Of a stretch of 64,000 nt of DNA, positions 21,251-30,092 are shown one piece after another. The position numbers were made by a program, and so were the translations under genes. The notes under the pieces are model-generated. The model saw only the letters and a program-made list of their open reading frames with translations, did not search any database and was not told where the DNA came from. Location: the NCBI GenBank assembly GCA_963745075.1, contig CAVUWV010000024.1, positions 352,001-416,000 of the forward strand, in the 5' to 3' direction. Position 1 is the first letter of the stretch; each line of letters begins with the position of its first letter. This stretch comes from Candidatus Hydrogenedentota bacterium. Its GTDB lineage: Bacteria; Hydrogenedentota; Hydrogenedentia; Hydrogenedentales; SLHB01.

Positions 21251-24130
21251 TCACGAATCGATCAGGTCGCGAACTTTGCGCAAGAGTTCGTTGCGCTTAT
21301 AGGGCTTTTGAATGAAATGCTCGTGATCGATGGATTCGGTCTCGCCGTTCACCCGTTGTTCGGGGTAACCACTCGCGAACAAGGCCCGGACATCGGGTCG
21401 TATCGTTCGCATTTCGCGAAGCACACTGTGTCCTCCCAGCTTAGGCATGATGACGTTAAGAATCACCAAGTCCGTCTCGTGGGCGCGATGCGCAAAGACC
21501 CGTACCGCTTCCTCGCCGTCACGAGCGACGATCACCCGATATCCGGCACTCGTCAGGATGTGTTCTGCCAGGTCCCGCACGTGATCGTCATCCTCTGCCA
21601 CGAGAATGGTCTCTTCGCCGCCTCGGACCGGCGTTTCCGCGTTGCTCTCCGCGATCGAAGCCTCATCATCGACAGCCGGAAGATAGATTTGGAATGTCGA
21701 GCCTTTGTTCGGTTCACTTAGCGCTCGTACCACCCCGAGATGCTGGTCGACGATCCCATACACCATGGCCAGCCCCAACCCCGTGCCTTTTCCGACTTCC
21801 TTCGTCGTGAAGAAGGGTTCGAACACCCGTTCGAGTGTCGCCTTGTCCATACCAAGTCCCGTGTCCCTGACACTGAGCACTACATACGGTCCTGCCGTCG
21901 CGGTTCCGTGCGCATCACAAAACTCGTTATCGAGCGTCACGTTCTGTGTCATGATGGAAATGCTGCCGCCATCGGGCATTGCGTCACGCGCGTTCACACA
22001 CAAATTCATAAGAACCTGTTCGATCTGCCCACGGTCGCCATAAATGGTGTTCAGATCTCGGCCGGGACTGAATTCCATCCGGATATTCTCTCCGATGACG
22101 CGGCGTACCAGCTTGAGTAAATCGGAAATGACTTCGTTGAGGTCGAGGGGCATCGAATCCATAACCTGCCTGCGGCTGAACGTCAGAAGCTGCCGCGTCA
22201 GGGTCGCCGCACGTTCCGCCGCGTTGGCAACCTCGTCCAGCGCTTGCCGGTTGGCGTCGCCCGGCGAAAGACTGGAGAGCGCGATTTCCGTGTATCCCTG
22301 GATTACTTGGAGCAGGTTGTTGAAATCATGCGCGACCCCGCCGGCCAGCTTGCCCACCGCTTCCATACGCTGTGCGTGTCGCAACTGCCGTTCGAGCTCG
22401 ATTTCACGGGTGATGTCGCGCTTCACGGCAACGTAGTTTATCGTTTTGCCCGCGGTGTCAAATACCGGTGATACGGTCGCCTCTTCGGTGTAGATCGTGC
22501 CGTCTTTCTTCTTGTTGATGAATCGACCATGCCATGTCTTGCCAGAGCATATCGTGTCCCAAAGCTTAGCGTAGAAAGCGGTATCGTGGCGGCCGCTGTT
22601 CAGAATCCGGGGGTTCTCGCCGATCGCCTCCTCCCGCGTATATCCCGTCGTGATAGTAAACGCCGGGTTCACGTATTGAATGAGTCCATCCACGTCCGTG
22701 ACGAGGACAGTTTCTGCGGCTTGCTCGATCGCCGACATGAGCCGGTCCCGTTCGGCGGCGGCGAGTTTTCGTTCCGTGATATCGCGATAGGCGATGACGA
22801 CACGGACGTCACCATCGGGATCGACGACTCCCTGGCCGACGGCTTCCACCGTTATCCACTGGCCATCCCGGTGGCGGAGCCGGAATTCCAACGTATGCGC
22901 CACGCCGGGATAGCGGGCCCCGTTCTCAATGGCTTCTCGTGTGCGGCCAACGTCATCGGGGTGGACCAGTTCGAACGAGTTCCGGCCCAGGTTCTTGCTG
23001 CGTTCGTATCCGAGCACGCGTTCAACCGATGGACTTGCAAACGATATCGTTCCATCCGGAGAAATAACCGTCACCACATCGGATACGTTTTCGATGAGAT
23101 GGCGGAAATGCTCTTCCCGGTGTCGAAGCAACTCTTCCGCGCGCTTTCGTCTCGTGACATCGATCGAAATACCCAATATCGCTTTACCCGGAGACACGTG
23201 TGTCACGAAAGGAATCTTCGTCGTTTCTTCGATATGGCGATTCCCATATTGATCGGTGTAGCTGTGTTCTCGCCGGAAAATTCGCTTTCCGTTCTTCAGC
23301 ACTTCCTCGTCTTCCGCGAGCAGCACCCGCGCCTCTTCCTCCAGGGGCGTCAGCTCTTCCTGCGTTTTTCCCACCGCATGGTCTGGCGTTGTCCCCATCA
23401 ATTCCGCGCTCCGGCGATTCACGAAAATGAAACGGCTGTCCTCGTCTTTGGCATAGATTGACTCCGGCACGAGATCGATGACCTGTCGTAGCGTGGTCTG
23501 ATTCTCGCGAAGCGTGGTGACAAGCTCGCCCGTCGACTGGATGCTGCTCTCGAGGGTCTCCAGAAACGTCGCGAGTATCCGAATGATCATCGAAGATAGA
23601 AGCACGAGCATCACAACAAACATGATCCAGGTCCATGGATCCAATGAGATGGATTGCGATTGTCGCACGGGAACAATCAGACCCGTCAGGTACGCGTACC
23701 CGAACGACATGGACAAGACGATGCAGGCGGCCCAATGCACCACGCTGGTACGGGGACGGTAAAAGAGCGTCGAGAAGACCAGCAGAACCAGGAGCGCCGG
23801 GCCGGCCATGCTGTACGCGCCATACATGGTCAATTCAGATAATGCCAGCGCATAGAAGATTGCGACGATCAACGAGACCCGTAAGCGGTACCCCAGTCGG
23901 ACCCACAACGCCGCGGTAAGCCCAATGCCGTACAGCGCAATGTAGAATGGGATCAATGTAAACCGTTTGTCGCTAAGTTCAGAAAAGACGGAGCCCGCAA
24001 GGGCCAGGATTCCCAGGAGCGCCAGCGGCAAGAAGGTTCGCCGCAAGGCTTTCTCACGAAACTCATATAGGCTTGAGAACGGTTCGCCGGGTGGGACCTG
24101 CACGTTCTTAGGTTCCTTATCGCCTGCCAT
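21251..24130 (-). CDS. Membrane-bound hybrid sensor histidine kinase (3 PAS domains, HisKA, HATPase, receiver)
   Basis: TM N-terminus; PAS repeats; LAGGVAHDFNNLL H-box; NLCVNARDAM; FEPFFTTKEVGKGTGLGL; C-terminal REC; ATG 24130 with GGAGAG SD. Confidence 0.92.
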   Translation of the reverse strand: MAGDKEPKNVQVPPGEPFSSLYEFREKALRRTFLPLALLGILALAGSVFSELSDKRFTLIPFYIALYGIGLTAALWVRLGYRLRVSLIVAIFYALALSELTMYGAYSMAGPALLVLLVFSTLFYRPRTSVVHWAACIVLSMSFGYAYLTGLIVPVRQSQSISLDPWTWIMFVVMLVLLSSMIIRILATFLETLESSIQSTGELVTTLRENQTTLRQVIDLVPESIYAKDEDSRFIFVNRRSAELMGTTPDHAVGKTQEELTPLEEEARVLLAEDEEVLKNGKRIFRREHSYTDQYGNRHIEETTKIPFVTHVSPGKAILGISIDVTRRKRAEELLRHREEHFRHLIENVSDVVTVISPDGTISFASPSVERVLGYERSKNLGRNSFELVHPDDVGRTREAIENGARYPGVAHTLEFRLRHRDGQWITVEAVGQGVVDPDGDVRVVIAYRDITERKLAAAERDRLMSAIEQAAETVLVTDVDGLIQYVNPAFTITTGYTREEAIGENPRILNSGRHDTAFYAKLWDTICSGKTWHGRFINKKKDGTIYTEEATVSPVFDTAGKTINYVAVKRDITREIELERQLRHAQRMEAVGKLAGGVAHDFNNLLQVIQGYTEIALSSLSPGDANRQALDEVANAAERAATLTRQLLTFSRRQVMDSMPLDLNEVISDLLKLVRRVIGENIRMEFSPGRDLNTIYGDRGQIEQVLMNLCVNARDAMPDGGSISIMTQNVTLDNEFCDAHGTATAGPYVVLSVRDTGLGMDKATLERVFEPFFTTKEVGKGTGLGLAMVYGIVDQHLGVVRALSEPNKGSTFQIYLPAVDDEASIAESNAETPVRGGEETILVAEDDDHVRDLAEHILTSAGYRVIVARDGEEAVRVFAHRAHETDLVILNVIMPKLGGHSVLREMRTIRPDVRALFASGYPEQRVNGETESIDHEHFIQKPYKRNELLRKVRDLIDS

Positions 24131-24586
24131 GCCAACACACTCTCCAAACCTGCGCGGATAGACCTGACTCCCGCGGCGGCTTGCCTCAACTCCGGCGAAC
24201 CGGATTACACACGTCACCTGCTCCAAGTACGTCTTACGGCTGGGGAATCACACCTGCGGAATCGAACGCTGAACGCACGCCGCGCACGACAGGGAGACTC
24301 ATGATTCTTACATTACCCGTCAGGGCGTCCGCATGCGCGGTCTGGAATAGCCCGCCTCGAGGAAGGTTGCGACGCGCTCCCCCAAAATGTCCATACCGCG
24401 CAAATCATACCGTGCCAAAACTGCGAAACTCAAACCGTCGCAGCCGGTTCCGGACGCTTCCGATCGCTCGCGGTCGCGCGTGGCGCTCCGTCGTTTTCCA
24501 GTGGGAAGGAAATACGAATCCCCGTAATCCAGCCAAAACCGACCGGCACGCAGGGCATCAAGAAGCGGGGGAGGGGAGGTCGCCGC

Positions 24587-25495
24587 CTACTCCGATTCCG
24601 AGGCAATAAAGTCCCGCACGGCGTTGGCCTGAGGCCGGTGACCGTCGATCAGAACCGCTGCCAGGATGGAATACCCCGACAGCTTTCCCTTTTCGACCAA
24701 TTGGGCGATGCCTTCCATCTGGCGTTTGACCAGGTCGACGGGAACCGGCGCCACCTTCGTATAGTCGCGGAGATAGACGCCCATGACGATTGGCTTGTCC
24801 GGAAACAACGCTCGGCACTGGTCCACATACTCCGGCATGTGGACGATGTCTTCCGACTTCCAGATCCACAGCGTCACTACATCGATGTGAGGTCGCATCG
24901 CGGTCCAGAAATCCGCCTCCTCAAATTCGTGCGTGTACACCACCGTCCAAAGTTTGAGCGTGGGGTTCAATTCCCGGATGTCGGCGCGGATGTCGCCGAA
25001 CTCCCTCGGACCATACTCGAATCGATGCATCAGACCCAGGAGGTCGTCGCAATAGACTCCCGTGACGTTCTGAAACTGCTTGGCCAATTGCGCAACCTTC
25101 TCACCTTCAGCCCGGACCGTGGACGGGTCGCTCGTGGCTTTGCATACCGGCCGGCCATTCTCGTCCCACACCCAGCCCCATTTGCTGATATCGCACGTAA
25201 CTTCGTCGTAATCCTTCAGCAGATCGAGAGCATATTCATCATTCGGGTGAAACAGAAAGTTGGCCCGCGACAGACCGAAATAGCGCGCGCCCTGACCCAG
25301 GCCGTAAATCGAAGGCGGTACCCCAGGGTCGATACCCTGGCCTTCCCAGACCCATCCAATGTCGCGAAAGGTTGGTTTGTCGGAGATTTCAGTCCCGGCA
25401 ACGTTTGTCTGCGGTTCCGCACCCTCCGCCCGGCCCGCCAAACCAAGCGCTGCCCCGCCAAGGGACATTGCCTCGATAAACTCGCGACGTTTCAT
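24587..25495 (-). CDS. Tat-exported hypothetical protein (possible TIM-barrel)
   Basis: MKRREFIEAMSLGGAALGLAGRAEG twin-arginine signal; GGAGG SD. Confidence 0.75.
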   Translation of the reverse strand: MKRREFIEAMSLGGAALGLAGRAEGAEPQTNVAGTEISDKPTFRDIGWVWEGQGIDPGVPPSIYGLGQGARYFGLSRANFLFHPNDEYALDLLKDYDEVTCDISKWGWVWDENGRPVCKATSDPSTVRAEGEKVAQLAKQFQNVTGVYCDDLLGLMHRFEYGPREFGDIRADIRELNPTLKLWTVVYTHEFEEADFWTAMRPHIDVVTLWIWKSEDIVHMPEYVDQCRALFPDKPIVMGVYLRDYTKVAPVPVDLVKRQMEGIAQLVEKGKLSGYSILAAVLIDGHRPQANAVRDFIASESE

Positions 25496-26181
25496 GAAAA
25501 CCTCCATCCGAGAGAAATCATCCTGTCCCCACCACACAAGTTAATCCTGGAAACAGACTCCGTCGTCCTGCTGATTGTTGCCGCGCCACATATCCAGTCT
25601 ACTTGGGCGTAACAATAAGCGCCAATCGGATCGCCCCCGCGCGCTTCCCACGCCGTCTGCCCCGCCAACCGGGTCGGTAGCTTGTCTCAGAATCCGTGCC
25701 GATCTCTTCCGTTATGGTTCACGCATTTCGTGTGCTTGTCCACCGTCCATCAAGGATAGCAGATCCAGTTCTGCGGACAGCGGGTTTTGCGTTAGCGCAT
25801 CGTTTTTCTTCCGTATCGAAACGGATCGATCGCATAGATCATATACGGGTCTGCGATCCGCAATCGGAAGCGCCGGCGTGGCGCCAAGCGCCGTATCGCA
25901 AATAAATACCGCAAATGCCGCTGGCATACGGATTGCTCTCCCATTCGCGAAGGCAATCCTCGATCGTTCGAGAGAGAATGGCGCAGTCAGCTTCCACGAA
26001 GTTTGAGAAACCGCTCAAGACAACTACGTGCGAGTGGTGTATTTTGGCAAGCTAGTCCGCATTTCTCACCGTAGGTACGCGGTAGGTGTGTCGTGCGTGT
26101 GACAATTCCGGGCTAGAGAAAGTATTTCGTCGCACGAATACGACCGCAACCAGCGTTACGGCGCATAACGAGGAGCGTCCC

Positions 26182-26337
26182 ATGCTTGGAATGATTCTGC
26201 TAATCGTGCTGATCCTTTTACTTGTCGGGTCCGTCCCGACGTGGCCATACGCACGTACCTGGGGTTATTACCCCAGCAGCGGTATCGGCGTGATCCTGGT
26301 GATCGTAATCATTCTGATCCTGCTGCGCGTCATATAG
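26182..26337 (+). CDS. DUF3309 family small membrane protein
   Basis: ILLIVLILLLVGSVPTWPYARTWGYYPSSGIG signature; GAGGAG SD. Confidence 0.88.
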   Translation: MLGMILLIVLILLLVGSVPTWPYARTWGYYPSSGIGVILVIVIILILLRVI

Positions 26338-26544
26338 AAAATAGCGGGACATCCATACGTAATTCTTCTTTCGTGGGCTCCATGGTCCGGGTTTGCGCAG
26401 GGATCGCTCGAGTTGTTCTTCAATGCGGCGAACCCCGAGTGCACATAAATAAGTCCGCAGCTAAGAGCAATGGCCTGTTCCCTTGAAACTGTACCAGTAG
26501 GAGTGAGAGAAATCGTAGGCATTTAAGCCGAGGAGGACTCTCAG

Positions 26545-26811
26545 ATGAAGGGAAAGCGGTATAGCGAGGAGCAGATTGTCCGGATCTTGAAGGAGGTCGA
26601 AGGGGGCAAGCCGGTGGCGGAGGTGTGCCGGGAGCACGGGGTTTCGGAGCAGTCGGTTTACCGGTGGCGAACGAAGTATGGTGGCATGGACGTATCGGAC
26701 GTTCAGCGGCTCAAGCAACTGGAAGACGAGAACAGCCGGTTGAAGAAGCTGGTGGCGGACCAGGCCCTGGATATCCAGCTTTTGAAGGAGATTAACGCAA
26801 AAAAGTGGTAG
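26545..26811 (+). CDS. IS3 transposase OrfA (HTH)
   Basis: MKGKRYSEEQIVRILKEVE..VAEVCREHGVSEQSVYRWRTKYGGM..LKQLEDENSRLKKLVAD. Confidence 0.92.
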   Translation: MKGKRYSEEQIVRILKEVEGGKPVAEVCREHGVSEQSVYRWRTKYGGMDVSDVQRLKQLEDENSRLKKLVADQALDIQLLKEINAKKW

Positions 26812-26836
26812 GCCCCGCGGCCAAACGGGACGTGGC
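26799..26836 (+). other. Programmed -1 ribosomal frameshift signal of IS3
   Basis: A6G slippery site (AAAAAAG 26799-26805) at the orfA/orfB overlap, followed by a GC-rich potential stem. Confidence 0.7.
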
Positions 26837-27408
26837 CAAGGATTTGGTGAAGCGGGGCAGATGCAGTGAACGCCGTGCGTGCGCATTGATGGATGCGCCA
26901 CGGATGACGGTGCGGTATGAACGGCGCGTTCGGAGCGATGAGGCGGCGTTGCGCAAGCGCATCCGCCAGCTTGCCAAGAAGCACCCGCGCTACGGAGTGC
27001 GCCGGGTCTTGGCGAAACTGAAACGCGAGGGATGGCGGGTAAACCGGAAACGGGTACATCGGCTTTGGAAGGAAGAAGGGTTGCAGCGTAGACGAAAGAG
27101 CAAGCGGAAACGGGCCTGTGGGCCTACGCCGGACGTTCCCATGAAGGCCGAGTATCCCAATCACGTGTGGAGCTACGACTTCATCGAAGACCGCACGGAA
27201 CGCGGTGGCAAGCTGCGCATGCTCAACGTGCTGGACGAGTATACGCGGGAGTGCCATCACATTCGCGTCGACCGTTCCATTGGGGCGGCCAAAGTCATCG
27301 CGTCGTTGGAGTGGCTGTTTCTGCTCCATGGCGCACCCCGATACATCCGCTCGGATAATGGCCCCGAACTGGTCGCCAAGGCACTCCAATCGTGGCTCGC
27401 CGAGCGCA
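26805..27408 (+). pseudogene. IS3 transposase OrfB (DDE integrase core), truncated before the catalytic Glu
   Basis: HPRYGVRR, VNRKRVHRLW, NHVWSYDF, LDEYTRE and IRSDNGPE present; the PGxPWENGxxESFN region is missing. Confidence 0.85.
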
Positions 27409-27435
27409 GAAATTTAGGGACAGACTACGAATTAA
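27409..27435 (+). repeat. Left terminal inverted repeat of the RAYT cassette (contains the RAYT stop codon)
   Basis: GAAATTTAGGGACAGACTACGAATTAA; 26/27 match to the reverse complement of 28236-28262. Confidence 0.9.
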
Positions 27436-28198
27436 CATCTTCCTTTCCACTTCCACCGGTTCGCTTGGGCTTGCGGCCGCGTTTCGCGGGGCGGAGGAGG
27501 CGGCCTAGGAGATTTTCCAGTTGGGCCACGAATCGGCTCCCGCCGCAGGGGCGTCCGGTGCTGGTCTGGCGGCGAATGCGATCGACGGCATCGGGGTCGT
27601 CCTCCACACGAAGCCATTGCGCCCAGTTCTCGATAACGCCGGGCGGGGGAAACTCCTTCGATAGTAGCGGGTCCGGCTGGGTTTGGCAAGGGATTCCGGC
27701 TTCGGAAGGGACAGACCCCGTGTTTCGCTCCGAAGACTGCGCGAAAGACGGGGTCAGTCCCACGCAATGGGCGCGCGCGCTGGACCAGGGGTGGTCTTCG
27801 GCCCGGTCGACCATTCCCGCGCGGACGGGGTTGCGTTCGACGTACCGGACCGCCGCCCACAAATGGGCTTCGTCCAGCACGCACGAGTAAAAGCGCCCTT
27901 GCCACACGTGGCCGCTCAGTTGGGTGCGCGTGTTGAAACGCATGGCGTAAACGGTGTGGGCATCGCGCAACGCGTGGGCCAACGACTCCTCGCGCTCCGG
28001 CACCGCGACGAGGTGAATGTGGTTGGTCATGAGACAATACGCCCAGATGTCCAGGCCATGCCGCTCCCCGTACTTCTTGAGGAACCGCAGGTAGGCGTGG
28101 CGATCATCCTCCGTCTCAAAGACATCCGCCCGCCGATTGCCCCGCTGGGTTACGTGATGCGGATACCCCGGAACAACAACGCGTGCAACTCTGCTCAT
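27425..28198 (-). CDS. REP-associated tyrosine transposase (RAYT / Y1 HUH, IS200-like)
   Basis: MSRVARVVVPGYPHHVTQRGNRR, WAYCLMTNHIHLV (HUH), GHVWQGRFYS, VRYVERNPVRAG, WSSA motifs. Confidence 0.92.
   Translation of the reverse strand: MSRVARVVVPGYPHHVTQRGNRRADVFETEDDRHAYLRFLKKYGERHGLDIWAYCLMTNHIHLVAVPEREESLAHALRDAHTVYAMRFNTRTQLSGHVWQGRFYSCVLDEAHLWAAVRYVERNPVRAGMVDRAEDHPWSSARAHCVGLTPSFAQSSERNTGSVPSEAGIPCQTQPDPLLSKEFPPPGVIENWAQWLRVEDDPDAVDRIRRQTSTGRPCGGSRFVAQLENLLGRLLRPAKRGRKPKRTGGSGKEDVNS
27708..27761. repeat. 54-bp REP-like palindrome in frame inside the RAYT gene
   Basis: GGGACAGACCCCGTGTTTCGC-N12-GCGAAAGACGGGGTCAGTCCC; arms pair at 19/21. Confidence 0.8.
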
Positions 28199-28235
28199 AG
28201 GGACACCATAACTCGAACCAGCCCCAAAAATCAAC

Positions 28236-28263
28236 TTAATTCGTAGTCTGTCCCTGAATTTCC
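28236..28263 (-). repeat. Right terminal inverted repeat of the RAYT cassette
   Basis: TTAATTCGTAGTCTGTCCCTGAATTTCC; exact reverse complement of 29645-29672. Confidence 0.9.
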
Positions 28264-28498
28264 GCAGTTTTTCCTAATCGACGCGCCTCGAGTATACGCG
28301 AAAACCATCGAGACGTCCGTATCGCCAGCGGCTTCGGCTGGCTGGGAACAGCTCTGACGCGGCGAAAGAATGGGTTGCGCAAAATGGCTAAGTATGGCAG
28401 TATGCCTCATTGGTCATAACTGCAAGGCACGCTTCCGCGTCTTCACGAACTGCACTACCCGGCTGCGTGTGAATGCTCAACGGGAAGGAGCGTGTGGC

Positions 28499-29302
28499 AT
28501 GAAGCATGTGTATCGTTCTGTCGGTGGCGCCGTGTTCTTGGCCTGTCTGGTGTTCGGAACCGGCTGTTCGTTTCCCAACGGCCCCCCCGTCCCCGGCCAG
28601 ACCCGGATCTTTGACGGGATCGAGTTCCAGTGGTGCCCGCCTGGTACCTTCATGATGGGAAGCCCGGACAGTGAAGCGGGTCGTTTTACCAATGAAACGC
28701 AGCACCAAGTCACCATCAGCCAAGGGTTTTGGCTGGGGAAATACGAAGTGACCCAGGCCCAGTGGGTGGCTGTCATGGGCAGCAACCCTTCCGATTTTCC
28801 CGGTAATCTAAGGCCCGTCGATAAGGTCAGTTGGGACGATGTGCAGGATTATCTCGCCGCACTGAATGCAAAGAAGGGTACCACCGGCGGCCCCTATTGG
28901 CTTCCGACCGAAGCTGAGTGGGAGTACGCATGCCGGGCTGGGACAACCACGCGGTTCTATTGGGGCGATGATCCCACGGAATCCGAAATCACTGACTATG
29001 CATGGTATGAGGACAATGGCAATTCAGAGCCCCATAACACGGGCACGAAGCTCCCCAACGGCTGGGGTCTGTACGATATGAGCGGCAACGCATATGAGTG
29101 GTGTCAGGACTGGTACGAGGAGGATTACCCCGCCGGACCAGCCACGGACCCCGAGGGGCCTGCTGCAGGGACCGATCGGACGCTGCGCGGGGGTTCGTGG
29201 GACGCCGATCCGGGAAGCTGCCGCTCGGCGTTTCGCCTCTACTCCTCCCCGGACGGCAGTGGCAACTCCCTCGGTTTTCGTTTGCTGCGGACTCCGGATT
29301 AG
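28499..29302 (+). CDS. Formylglycine-generating-enzyme (FGE-sulfatase/SUMF1) domain lipoprotein
   Basis: Lipobox-like LVFGTGC; PGTFMMGS, KYEVTQAQW, LPTEAEWEYACRAGT, PNGWGLYDMSGNAYEWCQDWY, RGGSW, GFRL. Confidence 0.92.
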   Translation: MKHVYRSVGGAVFLACLVFGTGCSFPNGPPVPGQTRIFDGIEFQWCPPGTFMMGSPDSEAGRFTNETQHQVTISQGFWLGKYEVTQAQWVAVMGSNPSDFPGNLRPVDKVSWDDVQDYLAALNAKKGTTGGPYWLPTEAEWEYACRAGTTTRFYWGDDPTESEITDYAWYEDNGNSEPHNTGTKLPNGWGLYDMSGNAYEWCQDWYEEDYPAGPATDPEGPAAGTDRTLRGGSWDADPGSCRSAFRLYSSPDGSGNSLGFRLLRTPD

Positions 29303-29644
29303 GAGTTGCGGTATTCTCCTTTTCGCTCTGAGTAGTCAACGCCGGGACGGAAGTCTCGGTAATGGACACAAACCCAAATAAGGAGTGAAGCGATGAAAGG
29401 CGATATCGACCGTCGAGATTTCTTTGATTTGGCAAAGCGGCTTCGGTGCCATTCTGCTGGCGATTCTGCAGCTTGAGGTCAGTTTCTTTTTGCCTGCCGT
29501 ACAGTGACAGACTTTGAATAAATAGGGACATCCATCTATTGCAATCCGCTCCCTGACGCTTGATGCCGGGTGGGCGATTCCCGATGCGCCCATGCATCCG
29601 TGATCCTTGTGTAATACTACCACTGGCGCGCGAAATGCGCATCT

Positions 29645-29912
29645 GGAAATTCAGGGACAGACTACGAATTAACATCTCCTCGTGGGCCGTTGTTGTTCGG
29701 TTCGGGTTTGGGTTTGCGGCCGCGCTTGGCGGGGCGGAGGAGGCGGCCCAGGAGATTTTCCAGTTGGGCCACGAATCGGCTCCCGCCGCAGGGGCGTCCG
29801 GTGCTGGTCTGGCGGCGAATGCGCTCGACGGCATCGGGGTCGTCCTCCACACGAAGCCATTCCGCCCAGTTCTCGATAACGCTGGGTGGAGGAAACTCCT
29901 TCTATACTAGCG
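29645..29912 (-). pseudogene. Second, 5'-truncated RAYT copy (C-terminal part only) with its terminal repeat
   Basis: Near-identical direct repeat of about 27409-27670 (EDDPDAVERIRRQTSTGRPCGGSRFVAQLENLLGRLLRPAKRGRKPK...DVNS*). Confidence 0.85.
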
Positions 29913-30030
29913 TATGGCGCTGGGATACGCAAGGAAGATGTGCTCGTGTCACCCTTCTTACCATTGATAGTAGACACTGTGTTCCGCTTCGTAGGACGCG
30001 GAGATGGTCGGAATCTGCCCGCCTCCCCGG

Positions 30031-30059
30031 TTGACACCCCTACTCCCAATACGCAGAAT
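30031..30059 (+). promoter_or_regulatory. Sigma70 promoter for the FGGY kinase
   Basis: TTGACA-N17-CAGAAT. Confidence 0.55.
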
Positions 30060-30092
30060 AGCGGAGGTTTTGCATTCGGGAGGGGTTTCGCC

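Larger units (their letters stand above)
26471..27408 (+). mobile_element. IS3-family insertion sequence (IS407-like), truncated on the right
   Basis: Candidate left end TGGCCTGTTCCCTTGAAACTGTACCA at 26471; orfA/orfB in -1 arrangement; orfB breaks off at the RAYT inverted repeat; no right IR found. Confidence 0.85.

Noticed and set aside
25712..25927. 71-aa minus-strand ORF with a possible GGGAG SD in the 25.5-26.1 kb gap
   Set aside because: No recognisable motif and several competing short ORFs; cannot be supported.
26805..27890. 361-aa ORF appearing to be a long IS3 OrfB
   Set aside because: Only the part up to 27408 is transposase; the rest is read-through into the antisense strand of the RAYT.
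27409..29672. Three 27-28-bp repeats as a possible CRISPR array
   Set aside because: Mixed orientation, kb-scale spacing containing genes, and no cas genes.
29886..30092. N-terminal extensions given by the ORF track (FGGY kinase from 29886; also 8323..10122, 54129.., 28370.., 62659..)
   Set aside because: Downstream starts fit SD sequences, signal peptides or family N-termini better; the extensions overlap promoters or neighbouring elements.
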